Source of the DNA: Thermomicrobiales bacterium
GTDB lineage: Bacteria > Chloroflexota > Chloroflexia > Thermomicrobiales > UBA6265
Direction: 5' to 3'
Assembly (NCBI GenBank): GCA_035936075.1
Contig: DASYWM010000164.1
Location: 1 to 43,401, forward strand
Length of the DNA stretch: 43,401 nucleotides
Below, one piece after another: positions 9,436-19,589 of this stretch (the first letter of the stretch is position 1; each line of letters starts with the position of its first letter). The translations under genes were made by a program, and so were the position numbers. The notes beneath the pieces were generated by a model. That model was not told where the DNA came from. It saw nothing but the letters and a program-made list of their open reading frames with translations, and did no database searches.

Positions 9436-10311
9436 CTACTGGGCGTCTTCTTCGTCGTCCATATCGGAGACACCCGCGTTGCCGACATAGGCACTTGCCT
9501 CCTCGTCGACCTCGTCAGGCTCCTCATCTTCCGCTTCGTCCTCGACGTCCTCATCTTCAACACCGAAGTCGAAGTCGCCCTCTTCACGAAGGGAGAGCTG
9601 CTCGCGCTCACGCATAAGATCCTGAGTGGCGCGGATCTGGCGGGGGAAGGTCATCAAGCCCTCATTATCCTGGTGACGGAAGGTCTCCCGCAGAATGATA
9701 CGAAGGCTCTGAGCTGACATGCCCAACGCGTACGCCTCGAATTCGTTGCCGCTCCCCATGAGCTTGATCACGCGGGACGCAACACGCATTTCGATCTCGC
9801 CCAGCTGCACGCCGTCATCGCTCAACACGAGAAGGCGCTCCCCTTCGACCTTGAGCTGCAGCTTATCGCCAGGGGAAACCTCAGCAAGCTGCCCCGGCTC
9901 TGCCGGGTTTGCAAGCTCATCCACCCACGTTTTGCCAATCTCCTCCACAAAAACTGTCGACTTTGGGATGGTGGAATCGGCCGTCATCTTGCCTTCCGGC
10001 TGGCCTGTGGGGCGGTTGTGCAACGTCTCCAATCGTTGAAGATTGCGGCGGGCGATCATGTTGGCAGGATCCGCCTTGAGGGCTTCGCTGTACGCATCCC
10101 GGGCAGCGCTAAGCTGACGCAGCTCGATGAGTGCTCGTCCCTTTCGGTTGAGGGCTTCCGCTTCGCGCGGAAACCGCTCAAGAATCTGATCATTGATCTT
10201 GAGGGCGTCTTCCCAGCGGCTCTCAAGTGATGCCTCCAGAGCTTGCTGGTTGAGTTGTTTCTTGGTTATGGGCTTTTGCTTCGAGTTTGCCAAGGGTAAT
10301 GATCCTTTCAT
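9436..10311 (-). CDS. TPR-repeat protein with strongly acidic C-terminal tail
   Basis: The N-terminal half has TPR-like helices (WEDALKINDQILERFPREAEALNRKGRALIELRQLSAARDAYSEALKADP). The C-terminus is EEGDFDFGVEDEDVEDEAEDEEPDEVDEE...DMDDEEDAQ. No clear SD precedes ATG 10311. Confidence 0.65.
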   Translation of the reverse strand: MKGSLPLANSKQKPITKKQLNQQALEASLESRWEDALKINDQILERFPREAEALNRKGRALIELRQLSAARDAYSEALKADPANMIARRNLQRLETLHNRPTGQPEGKMTADSTIPKSTVFVEEIGKTWVDELANPAEPGQLAEVSPGDKLQLKVEGERLLVLSDDGVQLGEIEMRVASRVIKLMGSGNEFEAYALGMSAQSLRIILRETFRHQDNEGLMTFPRQIRATQDLMREREQLSLREEGDFDFGVEDEDVEDEAEDEEPDEVDEEASAYVGNAGVSDMDDEEDAQ

Positions 10312-10424
10312 ACGGTGTCTTTTGGCGAGGTATTGGCGTCAGGTGGTCGCAGATGCTCGTGCTTGCGGGCGGTCGTCCTGACTCTGGCGGCCAGAATTGA
10401 CGCCGGGCGTATATCAACGCTATC

Positions 10425-11825
10425 TCAATGAGGTTCCCCGGACGGCTCTCCAAGGAGGAACCACGGGCTGGTTTTGGTGATCCGCACATCCACCATCTTC
10501 CCGAGCACATCCCGGTCGTCGTCGAAGTGCACCAGCGTATTCCCACGGGTTCGGCCAGTCCACCTGCCCTTGGACTTGCCTTCCACAAGCACCTCGTAGG
10601 TCTCGCCAAGGCGATTGCCATTGATGCCGGTACACAGTTGTTCCTGCAGCTTCTCAATCGCCTGATGGCGGCGAAATTTCTCCTCATGCGGGATGTCGTC
10701 TTCCCATCGCGAGGAGAGCGTTCCCGGTCTTGGTGAGTACATTGCGAGGTGGACCTTGTCACACTTCGTTTGCTCGAGCATGTCGTAGGTTTGGAGGAAC
10801 TGCTCGTCGGTCTCCCCCGGAAATCCGACGATGATATCTGTCGCCACTGTTACACCAGGGACTTGCTCCCGGGTGTAGGCTATACGCTCCATCCAGAGAT
10901 CGCGCGTGTAGGTTCGCCGCATGCGCCGCAATACTTCATTGTCCCCTGCCTGAACGGGAAGGTTCATGTGCTCACACGCTGTGTCCAGATCGCGGATAGC
11001 GTGGATGACGTCGTCTCCCATGTACTTCGGGTGGGATGTGAGGAAGCGAAGCCGATCTAGCCCATTGATGTTGTTGACCGCCTCAAGCAAGTGCGCGAGG
11101 GTCGTCTTTTCGTGGAGATCGTGCCCATATGCATTCACGGTCTGGCCGAGCAGGGTGACCTCACGGACACCGTTCGAGACGAGGCGCTCAACTTCCAGAA
11201 TTATGTCGCTGAATGGGCGACTGGTCTCCTTGCCCCGGCGATAGGGAACGATGCAGTAGGAGCAAACGAAGTTGCATCCGTAAATGATCGGCACGAATGC
11301 GGAGACGCCGGCCTTGCCCGTGGCAAGTTCAGGTTGGTAGTAGTGGGGCAACTGAGCAAGATCATCCTCAAGGTCGTTAAGTTCCGGCACGACCTGAACA
11401 AGCTTGTCGAAATCCGAGGGATCGAAGAAGAGATCGACATGCGGGAATGTCTGCTTCAGCTTCTCCTGCTGACGGGTGACCATGCAACCGGTAAGGACCA
11501 GCGGCATCTCGGGCTTTGCCTTCTTGAGGCGGGCGAGAGAGTGCAACTTGCCAGCTACCTTGTCCTCCGCGGCCTGGCGGACGACGCAGGAATTAAGCAC
11601 GACGATGTCGGCTTCTTCTTCGTTGGGCGCCCTCTCGTAGCCAACTTCCTGAAGCATGGCCGCCACCTTCTGGCTGTCAGCCTCATTCATCTGGCAACCC
11701 ATGGTCCAAATGAAAAAGCGCTTGCCGTTGGTGGGAAGGCGCCGAGGTGCCACAGCGGCGGGAGCCGAGGACTCCGGAACCAGTTGAATGATCGGTTTGG
11801 TGGACAAGGGAATCTCCTGTAGCAT
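10425..11825 (-). CDS. miaB: tRNA-2-methylthio-N6-dimethylallyladenosine synthase (radical SAM methylthiotransferase)
   Basis: N-terminal cluster region FFIWTMGCQMNEADS, radical SAM CNFVCSYCIVPYRRG, and a C-terminal TRAM domain (VLVEGKSKGRWTGRTRGNTLVHF). ATG 11825 (MLQEIPL) is preferred. The ORF-track start at 12020 adds 65 non-conserved residues. Confidence 0.9.
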   Translation of the reverse strand: MLQEIPLSTKPIIQLVPESSAPAAVAPRRLPTNGKRFFIWTMGCQMNEADSQKVAAMLQEVGYERAPNEEEADIVVLNSCVVRQAAEDKVAGKLHSLARLKKAKPEMPLVLTGCMVTRQQEKLKQTFPHVDLFFDPSDFDKLVQVVPELNDLEDDLAQLPHYYQPELATGKAGVSAFVPIIYGCNFVCSYCIVPYRRGKETSRPFSDIILEVERLVSNGVREVTLLGQTVNAYGHDLHEKTTLAHLLEAVNNINGLDRLRFLTSHPKYMGDDVIHAIRDLDTACEHMNLPVQAGDNEVLRRMRRTYTRDLWMERIAYTREQVPGVTVATDIIVGFPGETDEQFLQTYDMLEQTKCDKVHLAMYSPRPGTLSSRWEDDIPHEEKFRRHQAIEKLQEQLCTGINGNRLGETYEVLVEGKSKGRWTGRTRGNTLVHFDDDRDVLGKMVDVRITKTSPWFLLGEPSGEPH

Positions 11826-12079
11826 GGTGCACACTGCAGCGACCCTCGAGATGTCCCCACAAGGGTCCTTCGCCGCAACAGCCAAGTATAGGGCCAAATG
11901 GGCGTACCCGTTGCCAGCGAAACGAGGCCGGGACTGAAAGAGTTGGAGAAGGAGAAACCCGTGACCGTCGGGCACCGTCCATTGTAGACTGACAGTGAAG
12001 ACTCCAGGTTGGTGAGGCATCTCTTTAAACCTGCTGATCGAGCCCGTTGATGGAGTCCATCCCTCTGAGGAGCAGATCC

Positions 12080-13177
12080 GTGAAGATCCTTACCCGTCCA
12101 GTTTTCGGTCGGCGCTACAAGCTATGTCAAACGCTTTCGGCAGGGGTCGTTGCCCTGTCTCTGCTCGCAGGCGGAGCAGCTTATTCGGTCGCTGCCTCGC
12201 CGCTCCAGCCGGCGACGATGGTATCGGTGTATGCGCAGAACGTTGACTGGATGTCGTCGGAGGCGGCGGCATCACTGGACATTGGGATCGACGTTTTGGT
12301 GCCGAGTTGGATACCGGAGCCGTTTTCCGGAGTAAGCCCGAGCATCACGGCGAGCGACGGGTACTATCAGCTCTACTGGATGGTTCCTGGCGGGTCGCCC
12401 ACGTTTTTATACATTGAGGGTGTGGTGGGAGGAGCACTTCCGGCCGGCTCACCGGCGGATCTGAACAAGCAGCTGAACATTAATGCCACCGTGCAGGGAT
12501 GGGATGCGATCCAGGACACCGGTATTCCTGCCGGTGGCAGCACGCCGATCTATGACCAGGTGTGGTGGATCGCCAATGGCGTGCTGTATACCGTCAGCAG
12601 CAACAACATGACGGGCTCTGATTCGCTCTCTCTTGCCAATTCGCTGGTCGTTCTCGAGGCGCCTGAGCTGCCAGCACCCACTGAAGCACCGTACGAGCCT
12701 CCGACGGAGCCTCCATATGTCCCCCAGACTGAGTCTCCATACATTCCGCCGGCTGAGTCAGTCCCCGTAGCAGAAGTGCCGGCTCCTAGTGGCCAGGTTG
12801 TGACGGAGGAAGTTTCGACAGAACAGGTCTCGAGTGAAGAACTCTCGAACGAGCAGGTGCAATCCGACGGGAACACTACAGACCCAGCTTCCACTGACGC
12901 TGAAACCGTATCCGAACCGAACGCCTTAACTGCCCCGACTGATGAACCTGTAACGGACACCACAGTCAATGTAGGGGGCACGAGCGAAACGTTGGATGCA
13001 TCAGGTGGTACCACGACGGCCCAAACCTCTGCGCTGCAGGGCCCGTGGTCGCCGGGGCGGTATGACAGCGCGGTGCCGTCCGACGGCACGAACGGTCCGC
13101 TCCCTCCGCTGATCGGGGGAGATGGCACCGGTGGTCTTTACGACACCGCGTTGCCGAGCATCCGGATTCGCCCGTAG
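12080..13177 (+). CDS. Secreted/anchored hypothetical protein with Pro/Thr/Glu-rich low-complexity C-terminal half
   Basis: GAGGAG lies 7 nt before GTG 12080. There is a signal-like N-terminus (KILTRPVFGRRYKLCQTLSAGVVALSLLAGGAAYSVAA). The C-terminal half carries TE-x-P-Y-x-P repeats and S/T/E-rich sequence. Confidence 0.65.
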   Translation: MKILTRPVFGRRYKLCQTLSAGVVALSLLAGGAAYSVAASPLQPATMVSVYAQNVDWMSSEAAASLDIGIDVLVPSWIPEPFSGVSPSITASDGYYQLYWMVPGGSPTFLYIEGVVGGALPAGSPADLNKQLNINATVQGWDAIQDTGIPAGGSTPIYDQVWWIANGVLYTVSSNNMTGSDSLSLANSLVVLEAPELPAPTEAPYEPPTEPPYVPQTESPYIPPAESVPVAEVPAPSGQVVTEEVSTEQVSSEELSNEQVQSDGNTTDPASTDAETVSEPNALTAPTDEPVTDTTVNVGGTSETLDASGGTTTAQTSALQGPWSPGRYDSAVPSDGTNGPLPPLIGGDGTGGLYDTALPSIRIRP

Positions 13178-13195
13178 TCTGCTCCTCTTGAGGAA

Positions 13196-15349
13196 CTAAA
13201 GGACGTTCATATTGCGGGGGAGTTCGACCGTAAATCGGGCTCCCCCTGTTGCAGCCTCGTCGACTGTGATGGTGCCATTGTGCGCGAGTACCAGCTCCCG
13301 CACGATATAGAGCCCCAGGCCGAGACCGGGAACAGCGCTCTCGTTAGCAGACCGTGCCCGATAGAAAGCCGTGAAGAGCGATTCGCGCTCACGCTGTGGA
13401 ATGCCTGAACCCTCGTCGCTTACCGAGATCTGGATATCACCGTCAGGCTGGAGAGCCAGGCCAACGGTGACCGTGCCTCCGTCGGTGTACTTAATCGCAT
13501 TGCTGACCAGGTTATCGACGATCTGATGGACCCGGTCACCGTCCATCCGGGCGGTGAGTGAGGTAAGGTCGGTGTCGAGGATGACATTGTGCGTCGATTG
13601 GGTCGCTCCCTTTGACTCCACAAGTGCACGGCACAGCTCCACAACATCCACGTCTTCCCGCAGTACCCTCAAGCGCCCGGCGCGCATCCGGGAGACATCC
13701 AGCAGATCATCCACGAGTCGGGTGAGCCGATCGGTGTGCTGCTGAAGGGTGTTCAGCCATGCGACATGTTGTTCGTGCCCGCCCTCCCTATCGAGCTCTC
13801 TTGCCATAATCTGCGCAAAGCCACGGATAGGGGTGAGGGGAGAGCGCAACTCGTGGGAGACAACGGAGATGAACTCGTCTCGCAGGCGTTCCGCCTCCTT
13901 GAGTGGGGCCACATCTTGGAAGACCCCGACGACGGCATCGATATCTCCTTCGTCGGTTTTCAACGGGGCCGCGCTGGCAACCACGGGAAGCATGGTGCCG
14001 CCCGGTGTGCGGACGACCAACTCCACGCCCGTAACAGTTATCCCTTCCGTCATTGCCTGGACCATCGGCATAACGGGAACGGCGTCGACCGGTTCGCTTG
14101 TCACAGCCAGCTGATCCACGCGGCGGGAGACCAGCTGTGAGGTATGTGCCTGGAGACCAAACATCCGCTGCGCGGCAGCGTTGAACGTCACGATTAATCC
14201 ATGTGGAGGACGGGCCACCATGACGGCTTCCGGCATCGTCTGAATGACGGACTGCAGGCGCCGGTGATTGTCCTGGACCCGGTCAAGCAGCTCTTCCTGA
14301 GCGTCGGCAAGGCGAGCGGATTCCATGAAGGCGACGGTACGATGGGCGAGTGCCTGCAAACGGGCAATGGCAGTCTGGGAGAAACGGTAGGGGACGTAGA
14401 GCCCGACCCACGCCACACCGGCGAGCGCATCGGTGGGACCAAAAATCGGCACACCAACTACTGCACGAACGTGAGGATTTGTGTTTAGTACGTCTTCGAA
14501 CTCGGGATCACTTTCGATATCCGCAATGGCAATAGGGCGGCGCTCACTTGCCACACGGCCCGCGAAGCCATAGTCGATGGGGATCGTGCGAGTTGGGTCG
14601 TCGGCGGGAGATAGACTGCTGTCGGAGGTGTCGCCGTAGGTAGCCGCCTGGACCAAGGTGGCATTGGGAGCGTCTACAAGGTAGAGCGCGCCGGCGGAGG
14701 CGCGGTTGACGCGCACCATCGCTGTGAGGATCGACTGCAGCACGCTCACGAACGCTTCGCTGTCGCCGGCAGGACGACTTGCCGCGGCAATCTCCACGGC
14801 GTTGAAAGCGGTATTTGCTGCTCGCATCGCCGAGGCTTCCAGCTTTGCGCTTGCCCGGTCATATTTCAGATGCTCGAATAACGAGACGAAGAGCGCGGAG
14901 CCAAGTCCAAAGACCAGGAGTACCCAGACCTGGTTCCTGAGATCCCAAAAATCAAAGCGTCCGCGGATGCCCAGAAAGAAGAGATCGAGCACCAGCAGAC
15001 TGGTCAGCGCCGAGGTCAACCCCCCGACCCAATCCGCGACGTAAGTGGCAAGCGCGACAGAGAGGAGAAAGAAGACGATGGGTATCTCAGGACCGAGATG
15101 GGGCGTGATCGACGCAAGCAGAAGTGCGGGGACAATGACGATGGTGAAGGCAAAGACGAGCCGCCAAGGCTCGATACGCGCCGCACGCATCGAAGTCACA
15201 TGATCGCTGCCGATGCTGGCCCAGTGACGAGTATTGCTGCCCAGTTCCGCCATGGCATGGCCTATGCCCGCCAGTGTTGCGGACGCACGGTCCCAGGTCG
15301 TCGGAGACATCCGGGCTCGGGCCCAGTTCTTGAATCGCTCGCTACTCAC
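13196..15349 (-). CDS. Sensor histidine kinase (DUF4118-like membrane domain, GAF, PAS, HisKA, HATPase_c)
   Basis: Four N-terminal hydrophobic helices resemble the KdpD membrane module. H-box FISVVSHELRSPLTPIRGF, N-box LVSNAIKYT, G-boxes VSDEGSGIP and GLGLGLYIVRE. No response regulator is adjacent. Confidence 0.9.
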   Translation of the reverse strand: MSSERFKNWARARMSPTTWDRASATLAGIGHAMAELGSNTRHWASIGSDHVTSMRAARIEPWRLVFAFTIVIVPALLLASITPHLGPEIPIVFFLLSVALATYVADWVGGLTSALTSLLVLDLFFLGIRGRFDFWDLRNQVWVLLVFGLGSALFVSLFEHLKYDRASAKLEASAMRAANTAFNAVEIAAASRPAGDSEAFVSVLQSILTAMVRVNRASAGALYLVDAPNATLVQAATYGDTSDSSLSPADDPTRTIPIDYGFAGRVASERRPIAIADIESDPEFEDVLNTNPHVRAVVGVPIFGPTDALAGVAWVGLYVPYRFSQTAIARLQALAHRTVAFMESARLADAQEELLDRVQDNHRRLQSVIQTMPEAVMVARPPHGLIVTFNAAAQRMFGLQAHTSQLVSRRVDQLAVTSEPVDAVPVMPMVQAMTEGITVTGVELVVRTPGGTMLPVVASAAPLKTDEGDIDAVVGVFQDVAPLKEAERLRDEFISVVSHELRSPLTPIRGFAQIMARELDREGGHEQHVAWLNTLQQHTDRLTRLVDDLLDVSRMRAGRLRVLREDVDVVELCRALVESKGATQSTHNVILDTDLTSLTARMDGDRVHQIVDNLVSNAIKYTDGGTVTVGLALQPDGDIQISVSDEGSGIPQRERESLFTAFYRARSANESAVPGLGLGLYIVRELVLAHNGTITVDEAATGGARFTVELPRNMNVL

Positions 15350-15535
15350 GTTGTGCCCCTGTACCTACGATACGTCCCGTAAAATTGTACCGGGAACACC
15401 AACGCGTTGTGGCTAACCGGAACATCGGCGATGCGCCCTCGCGGGTCCTAAGCGCGCCCGGTGTAAAATCCCTGAAATGGATCGCCAGGTGCTTCCTCCT
15501 ATCGGACGGGCAATGGCACATAACTGAGCAGGAGC

Positions 15536-16612
15536 ATGTTGCCCGTGAGCAACCAACTGAAGCAGCAGACAGACGGGCTCGTGATCGATGAGAACGAGCA
15601 GGTCTTTGACGTGAACATCATCGGGGCGGGGCCCACCGGTCTCTTCGCGGCGTTTTATGCTGGCCTACGGGGCATGAGCGTGCAGATCATCGACTCCCTT
15701 GAGGAGGCTGGTGGGCAATGCGCCGCAATGTATCCCGAAAAGTACATCTACGACGTCATCGGTTATCCGAAGGTGCTCGCCAAGGATTTCGTGGCTGCGT
15801 GCCTCGAACAGGCAATGAGGTCAGACCCAACGATTCGGCTGTCGGAACAGGTTCAGGACCTCATACAGCTGGATGATGGCAGCTTCGCGATGAAGACGAG
15901 CAAGGGTGTTCGGCGTAGCAAGGCGATCATCATTGCCGCGGGAGTTGGAGCGTTTGAACCAACACGGCTCACGGCGAGTGGTGTGGTGGAACTGGAAGGT
16001 AATGGCGTTCATTACTTTGCGAAGCGCGTGGATGACTTCCGGGACAAGAAGGTGGTGATTGTTGGAGGAGGCGATTCAGCGGTTGATTGGGCGGCCACGC
16101 TCGAGCCGATCGCCGAGAGTGTCAACCTCATCCATCGATCGAAGTTCCGGGCACATGAAGCTTCAGTGCAGGAACTCGAGGAATCCACTGTCGTGCTTCA
16201 TTACCCCGGGTACGAGGTCACCACAGTTCGTGCGGGTGATGACGGGCGCATTTCAGGTCTTACGTTCACCCATCAGGACGGCACGTCGACTGACCTCGAA
16301 TGCGACGAGCTGATTTGTGCGATCGGCTTCAAGGCCGATCCGGGTCCGTTACGCTCCTGGGGCTTCGAGCTGAAGCGTAACCAAATCGCTGTTGATATCC
16401 AGACGATGCAGACCAGCATCCCAGGCGTCTTCGCGGCGGGTGATATCGCGACGTACCCGGCGAAGTTCAAGTTGATCGCGACCGGAGCTGCAGAGGCGGT
16501 TACGGCCGTAAATCACGCGCTCGTCCATATCCGTCCCGATGCCCGGCTCGATGGTGGGCATTCCACGACGATCATGGAGAAGCGGGCAAAAGTAGTGGAA
16601 GCCGCGGTATAG
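15536..16612 (+). CDS. Ferredoxin-NADP+ reductase, thioredoxin-reductase-like type (YumC family)
   Basis: VNIIGAGPTGLFAAFYAGLRGMSVQIIDSLEEAGGQCAAMYPEKYIYDVIGYPK matches the recalled YumC/FNR type 2 N-terminus. A second dinucleotide site is VVIVGGGDSAVDWA. The start is uncertain: AGGAG ends 1 nt before ATG 15536, so GTG 15545 is an alternative. Confidence 0.85.
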   Translation: MLPVSNQLKQQTDGLVIDENEQVFDVNIIGAGPTGLFAAFYAGLRGMSVQIIDSLEEAGGQCAAMYPEKYIYDVIGYPKVLAKDFVAACLEQAMRSDPTIRLSEQVQDLIQLDDGSFAMKTSKGVRRSKAIIIAAGVGAFEPTRLTASGVVELEGNGVHYFAKRVDDFRDKKVVIVGGGDSAVDWAATLEPIAESVNLIHRSKFRAHEASVQELEESTVVLHYPGYEVTTVRAGDDGRISGLTFTHQDGTSTDLECDELICAIGFKADPGPLRSWGFELKRNQIAVDIQTMQTSIPGVFAAGDIATYPAKFKLIATGAAEAVTAVNHALVHIRPDARLDGGHSTTIMEKRAKVVEAAV

Positions 16613-16696
16613 GCATAAGCAGCATGTCGCATGCAGTTGTCGCCCGGAAAGGCGATAACGGTGGTGGATGGGCACAAGTCGGAAACAAATGAGAAA

Positions 16697-16720
16697 GGGG
16701 GACGACATGCGTCGTCCCCC
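16697..16720. terminator. Bidirectional terminator hairpin between convergent FNR and trpS genes
   Basis: GGGGGACGAC (16697-16706), loop ATGC, GTCGTCCCCC (16711-16720). It is flanked by GAGAAA upstream and GTCTTGTG downstream. Confidence 0.6.
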
Positions 16721-16750
16721 GTCTTGTGCAACTTTCGGTCCGATTTGTAG

Positions 16751-17788
16751 CTACCCGGCTCCACCCAGTCCCATTCGCTCGCGGACGAGCCGCATCTTGG
16801 CAGAGGCAATCGTGCGGGCTTCCTCAGCACCTTCGGCAAGGATAGCGTCGACGATCTCCGGCGATTCCTCGAGCTCCCGGAGGCGCCGCTGGATCGGCGC
16901 CAGCGCGTCTACGACCACCTCTCCGAGCTCCTGCTTAAAAGGGCCATACCCTTTGCCAATAAACTTTTCGGAAACGCCTTCAAGGGAATTATCCGAGAGG
17001 ATCGCGTAGATCGACATCAGATTCGTGAGGGCTGGTTTGTCACGCCCGGCGACGATCTCGGAGCCGGAATCGGTTACCGCTCGACGAATCTTTTTCCGGA
17101 TAACGTCTGGTTCATCGTTGAGCGCGATGTAGCTGTTCTGGTTCGGAGACGACTTGCTCATCTTTTTCGTCGGGTCGTCGAGCGCCATGATCCGGGCACC
17201 GGTTGTCTTGATGTCCGGCTCGGGCAAGACAAAGGTCTCGCCATAGCGCTGGTTGAAGCGGTATGCGACGTCACGGGTCAGCTCGATATGCTGCTTCTGG
17301 TCCTCACCGACGGGAACCTTATTCGCGTCATAGAGAATGATGTCAGCCACCTGCAGGACGGGGTAGACGAAGAGCGCGGCACTTACGCCTTCCTCGTGTT
17401 CGCCCGCCTTGTCCTTGAACTGCGTCATCCGGCGCAACTCACCGAACTGGGTCACAGATCCAAGCAGCCAGCAGAGCTCGGCATGCTCGCGCACATCTGA
17501 CTGGACGAAGAGAACTGCTTTACCCGGGTCAACACCGGCTGCCACTATCGTATTCGCGAGGTTACGAATGTTGCTCTGCATGCTCTCGCGTGTCGTGGCG
17601 AGGGAAAGGGCGTGGAGGTCGACAATGCTGAAAACGCTGTCGTATTCGTCCTGTTGCAGGACCCAGTTCCTGATCGCTCCGAGATAATTCCCCAGGTGAA
17701 GATTGCCAGAGGGCTGTATTCCGGAAAAGGCGCGGGGCCCGCTTCTCCTGGTCTCCGTGCTGGATGTCTTGTCTACCGTGGCTGCCAT
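16751..17788 (-). CDS. trpS: Tryptophan--tRNA ligase
   Basis: HIGH-type motif SGIQPSGNLHLGNYLGA and the KMSKS motif (TKKMSKSSP). ATG 17788 (MAATVDK) is chosen. The longer ORF-track start would overlap the divergent ubiB-like gene. Confidence 0.9.
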   Translation of the reverse strand: MAATVDKTSSTETRRSGPRAFSGIQPSGNLHLGNYLGAIRNWVLQQDEYDSVFSIVDLHALSLATTRESMQSNIRNLANTIVAAGVDPGKAVLFVQSDVREHAELCWLLGSVTQFGELRRMTQFKDKAGEHEEGVSAALFVYPVLQVADIILYDANKVPVGEDQKQHIELTRDVAYRFNQRYGETFVLPEPDIKTTGARIMALDDPTKKMSKSSPNQNSYIALNDEPDVIRKKIRRAVTDSGSEIVAGRDKPALTNLMSIYAILSDNSLEGVSEKFIGKGYGPFKQELGEVVVDALAPIQRRLRELEESPEIVDAILAEGAEEARTIASAKMRLVRERMGLGGAG

Positions 17789-17924
17789 GTGCGCGTGCGT
17801 GTCCTTTTGTTTCCCCATGCCGAATGGCATGCATGTATTCGACCTGCGACAGTATACCGGGCACCGTGGAGCATATGATTCCTGCAAACAGGGTTGATTG
17901 GAAGCGGCCGCAACTGGAGCGCGA

Positions 17925-19589
17925 ATGATCGAGACCATGTTCCTGCACCGTCGCCATGCCAGGCGTTACCGGCAAATCGTGCGTGTGCTGCTCTCGCATG
18001 GCCTGGGAGGCCTCATCGCGCCCTTCGATCCGCGAGGCCGCCATGATGCAGAGCAGGAAGATGTCCAGCCGGCCGGGCGCGTGACAGCCCGCCGCGCACG
18101 CCATCTTCATCGTGCTCTCGAAGAGCTCGGGCCCACGTTCGTGAAGCTGGGTCAGATTCTTTCCACCCGTGCCGATCTTTTGCCTCCGGTCTATATCCAT
18201 GAGCTGGAGCAGCTTCAGGATGCTGTGGCGCCTGACGACCCCGCCGCCATCCGGAGGATCGTGGAGCAGGAGCTTGGTGGTTCCATTGAGTCACTTTATA
18301 CCTCATTCTCCCTTGTGCCTCTCGCTGCCGCGTCCATCGGGGAAGTTCATGCGGCAACGCTGCACGATGGTTCCGAGGTGGTGGTCAAGGTGCAGCGGTC
18401 GGGCGTAGCTGCGCTGATCCAGCAGGACTTGTCCATCCTCGCTGATGTAGCGAGGATCGCGGAACAGCGCTCAGCCAAACTGCGACAGCATGATGTCTCC
18501 GGGCTTATCCGAGAGTTCTCCTGGACAATTCGCGCGGAACTCGATTACCAGCATGAAGCACGGAACCTCGAGCGCTTCCACCGTGCCTTTGCTTCCAATC
18601 CGGCAATCCGTATTCCCGCAGTGGTGAGAGACCTGACGACATCGAGGGTGCTCACCATGGAGCGGATCGATGGCATCCCAATCGATGATGTTCAGTCCCT
18701 GCGCGGGGCGGGCCACGACACGATCAAGTTGATTGAATCGGTCATCCAAATGCTCGCCGAGGGCATTCTCGATATCGGACTCTTCCATGCCGATCCCCAT
18801 CCAGGAAATTTTGTGGTGGATCAGGATGGCGCTCTGGTCGTCTACGACTTTGGGATGGTCGGGTCCATCGACGAGCGATTGCGGGAGCGGCTCCTGTTGC
18901 TGACGCTTGCCTGCGCCGAGAGAGATTCCTCCCGAATTGTTGATGAGATCACCCAGCTTGGTGCCGTGCAGCCCGGCTGGGACCGACAGGCGATGGAGCG
19001 GGATATCTCCTATCTCGTAGGCCAATATGTCGGTGCACCGCTGGAGTCCGTGCCACTTCCGATGATCGTTGGAGATGTGATGGCAATGATGCGTCGACAT
19101 CGGCTTCGTTTACCCAGTGAGCTGGCCTTGCTTGCCAAGACGGCCACCATGGCGGAGTCGCTTGCCCGCACGCTCGACCCGCAGCTCAACGTGATCGAGC
19201 TGGTGGATCCTACGATCCGCCACGCGATGAAGCGATTTTCCTCATTGGGATTCTGGAAGGACCGATTGCGGGCGCGGCCGTTGGAGATCGCGCTCCTGGG
19301 TGCATCGTTGCCGGGGCACATCCAACGCATCCTCTCCAGGATCGACCGCAATGACCTGACGTTTCACGTCCATTACGAGGAGCTACCCGAGACTATCCAG
19401 GGCCTGAATAGTATGGTCAATCGCCTCGCACTGGCCATTCTTTCGGCTGCGGGAATGATCGGTTTCGCGATGCTCTATCTGGCGATGCAACCGACATTCG
19501 GGAGCTGGCATGGATGGCTTTTCGGAACGGTCTTTCTCGCCATCGCGGTAATGACCCTGACCGTGCTTGTCCGGATATGGAGAAGCTGA
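17925..19589 (+). CDS. ABC1/UbiB-family atypical kinase with C-terminal transmembrane helices
   Basis: ABC1 domain motifs FVKLGQILSTRADLLPP, AAASIGEVHAA and HADPHPGNF. Two C-terminal hydrophobic helices. GGAG lies 5 nt before ATG 17925. Confidence 0.88.
   Translation: MIETMFLHRRHARRYRQIVRVLLSHGLGGLIAPFDPRGRHDAEQEDVQPAGRVTARRARHLHRALEELGPTFVKLGQILSTRADLLPPVYIHELEQLQDAVAPDDPAAIRRIVEQELGGSIESLYTSFSLVPLAAASIGEVHAATLHDGSEVVVKVQRSGVAALIQQDLSILADVARIAEQRSAKLRQHDVSGLIREFSWTIRAELDYQHEARNLERFHRAFASNPAIRIPAVVRDLTTSRVLTMERIDGIPIDDVQSLRGAGHDTIKLIESVIQMLAEGILDIGLFHADPHPGNFVVDQDGALVVYDFGMVGSIDERLRERLLLLTLACAERDSSRIVDEITQLGAVQPGWDRQAMERDISYLVGQYVGAPLESVPLPMIVGDVMAMMRRHRLRLPSELALLAKTATMAESLARTLDPQLNVIELVDPTIRHAMKRFSSLGFWKDRLRARPLEIALLGASLPGHIQRILSRIDRNDLTFHVHYEELPETIQGLNSMVNRLALAILSAAGMIGFAMLYLAMQPTFGSWHGWLFGTVFLAIAVMTLTVLVRIWRS

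Noticed and set aside
15513-15528. TGGCAC-ATAAC-TGAGC, a sigma54-like sequence just upstream of the ferredoxin-NADP reductase gene
   Set aside because: The GC of the -12 element is displaced by 1 nt, TTGC is absent, and the predicted TSS would fall on the start codon.
17789-17924. Possible T-box leader for trpS
   Set aside because: The divergent spacer is only ~135 nt, too short for a T-box. I could not find the conserved T-box sequence (GGGTGGTACCGCG-like) or a specifier-loop architecture.
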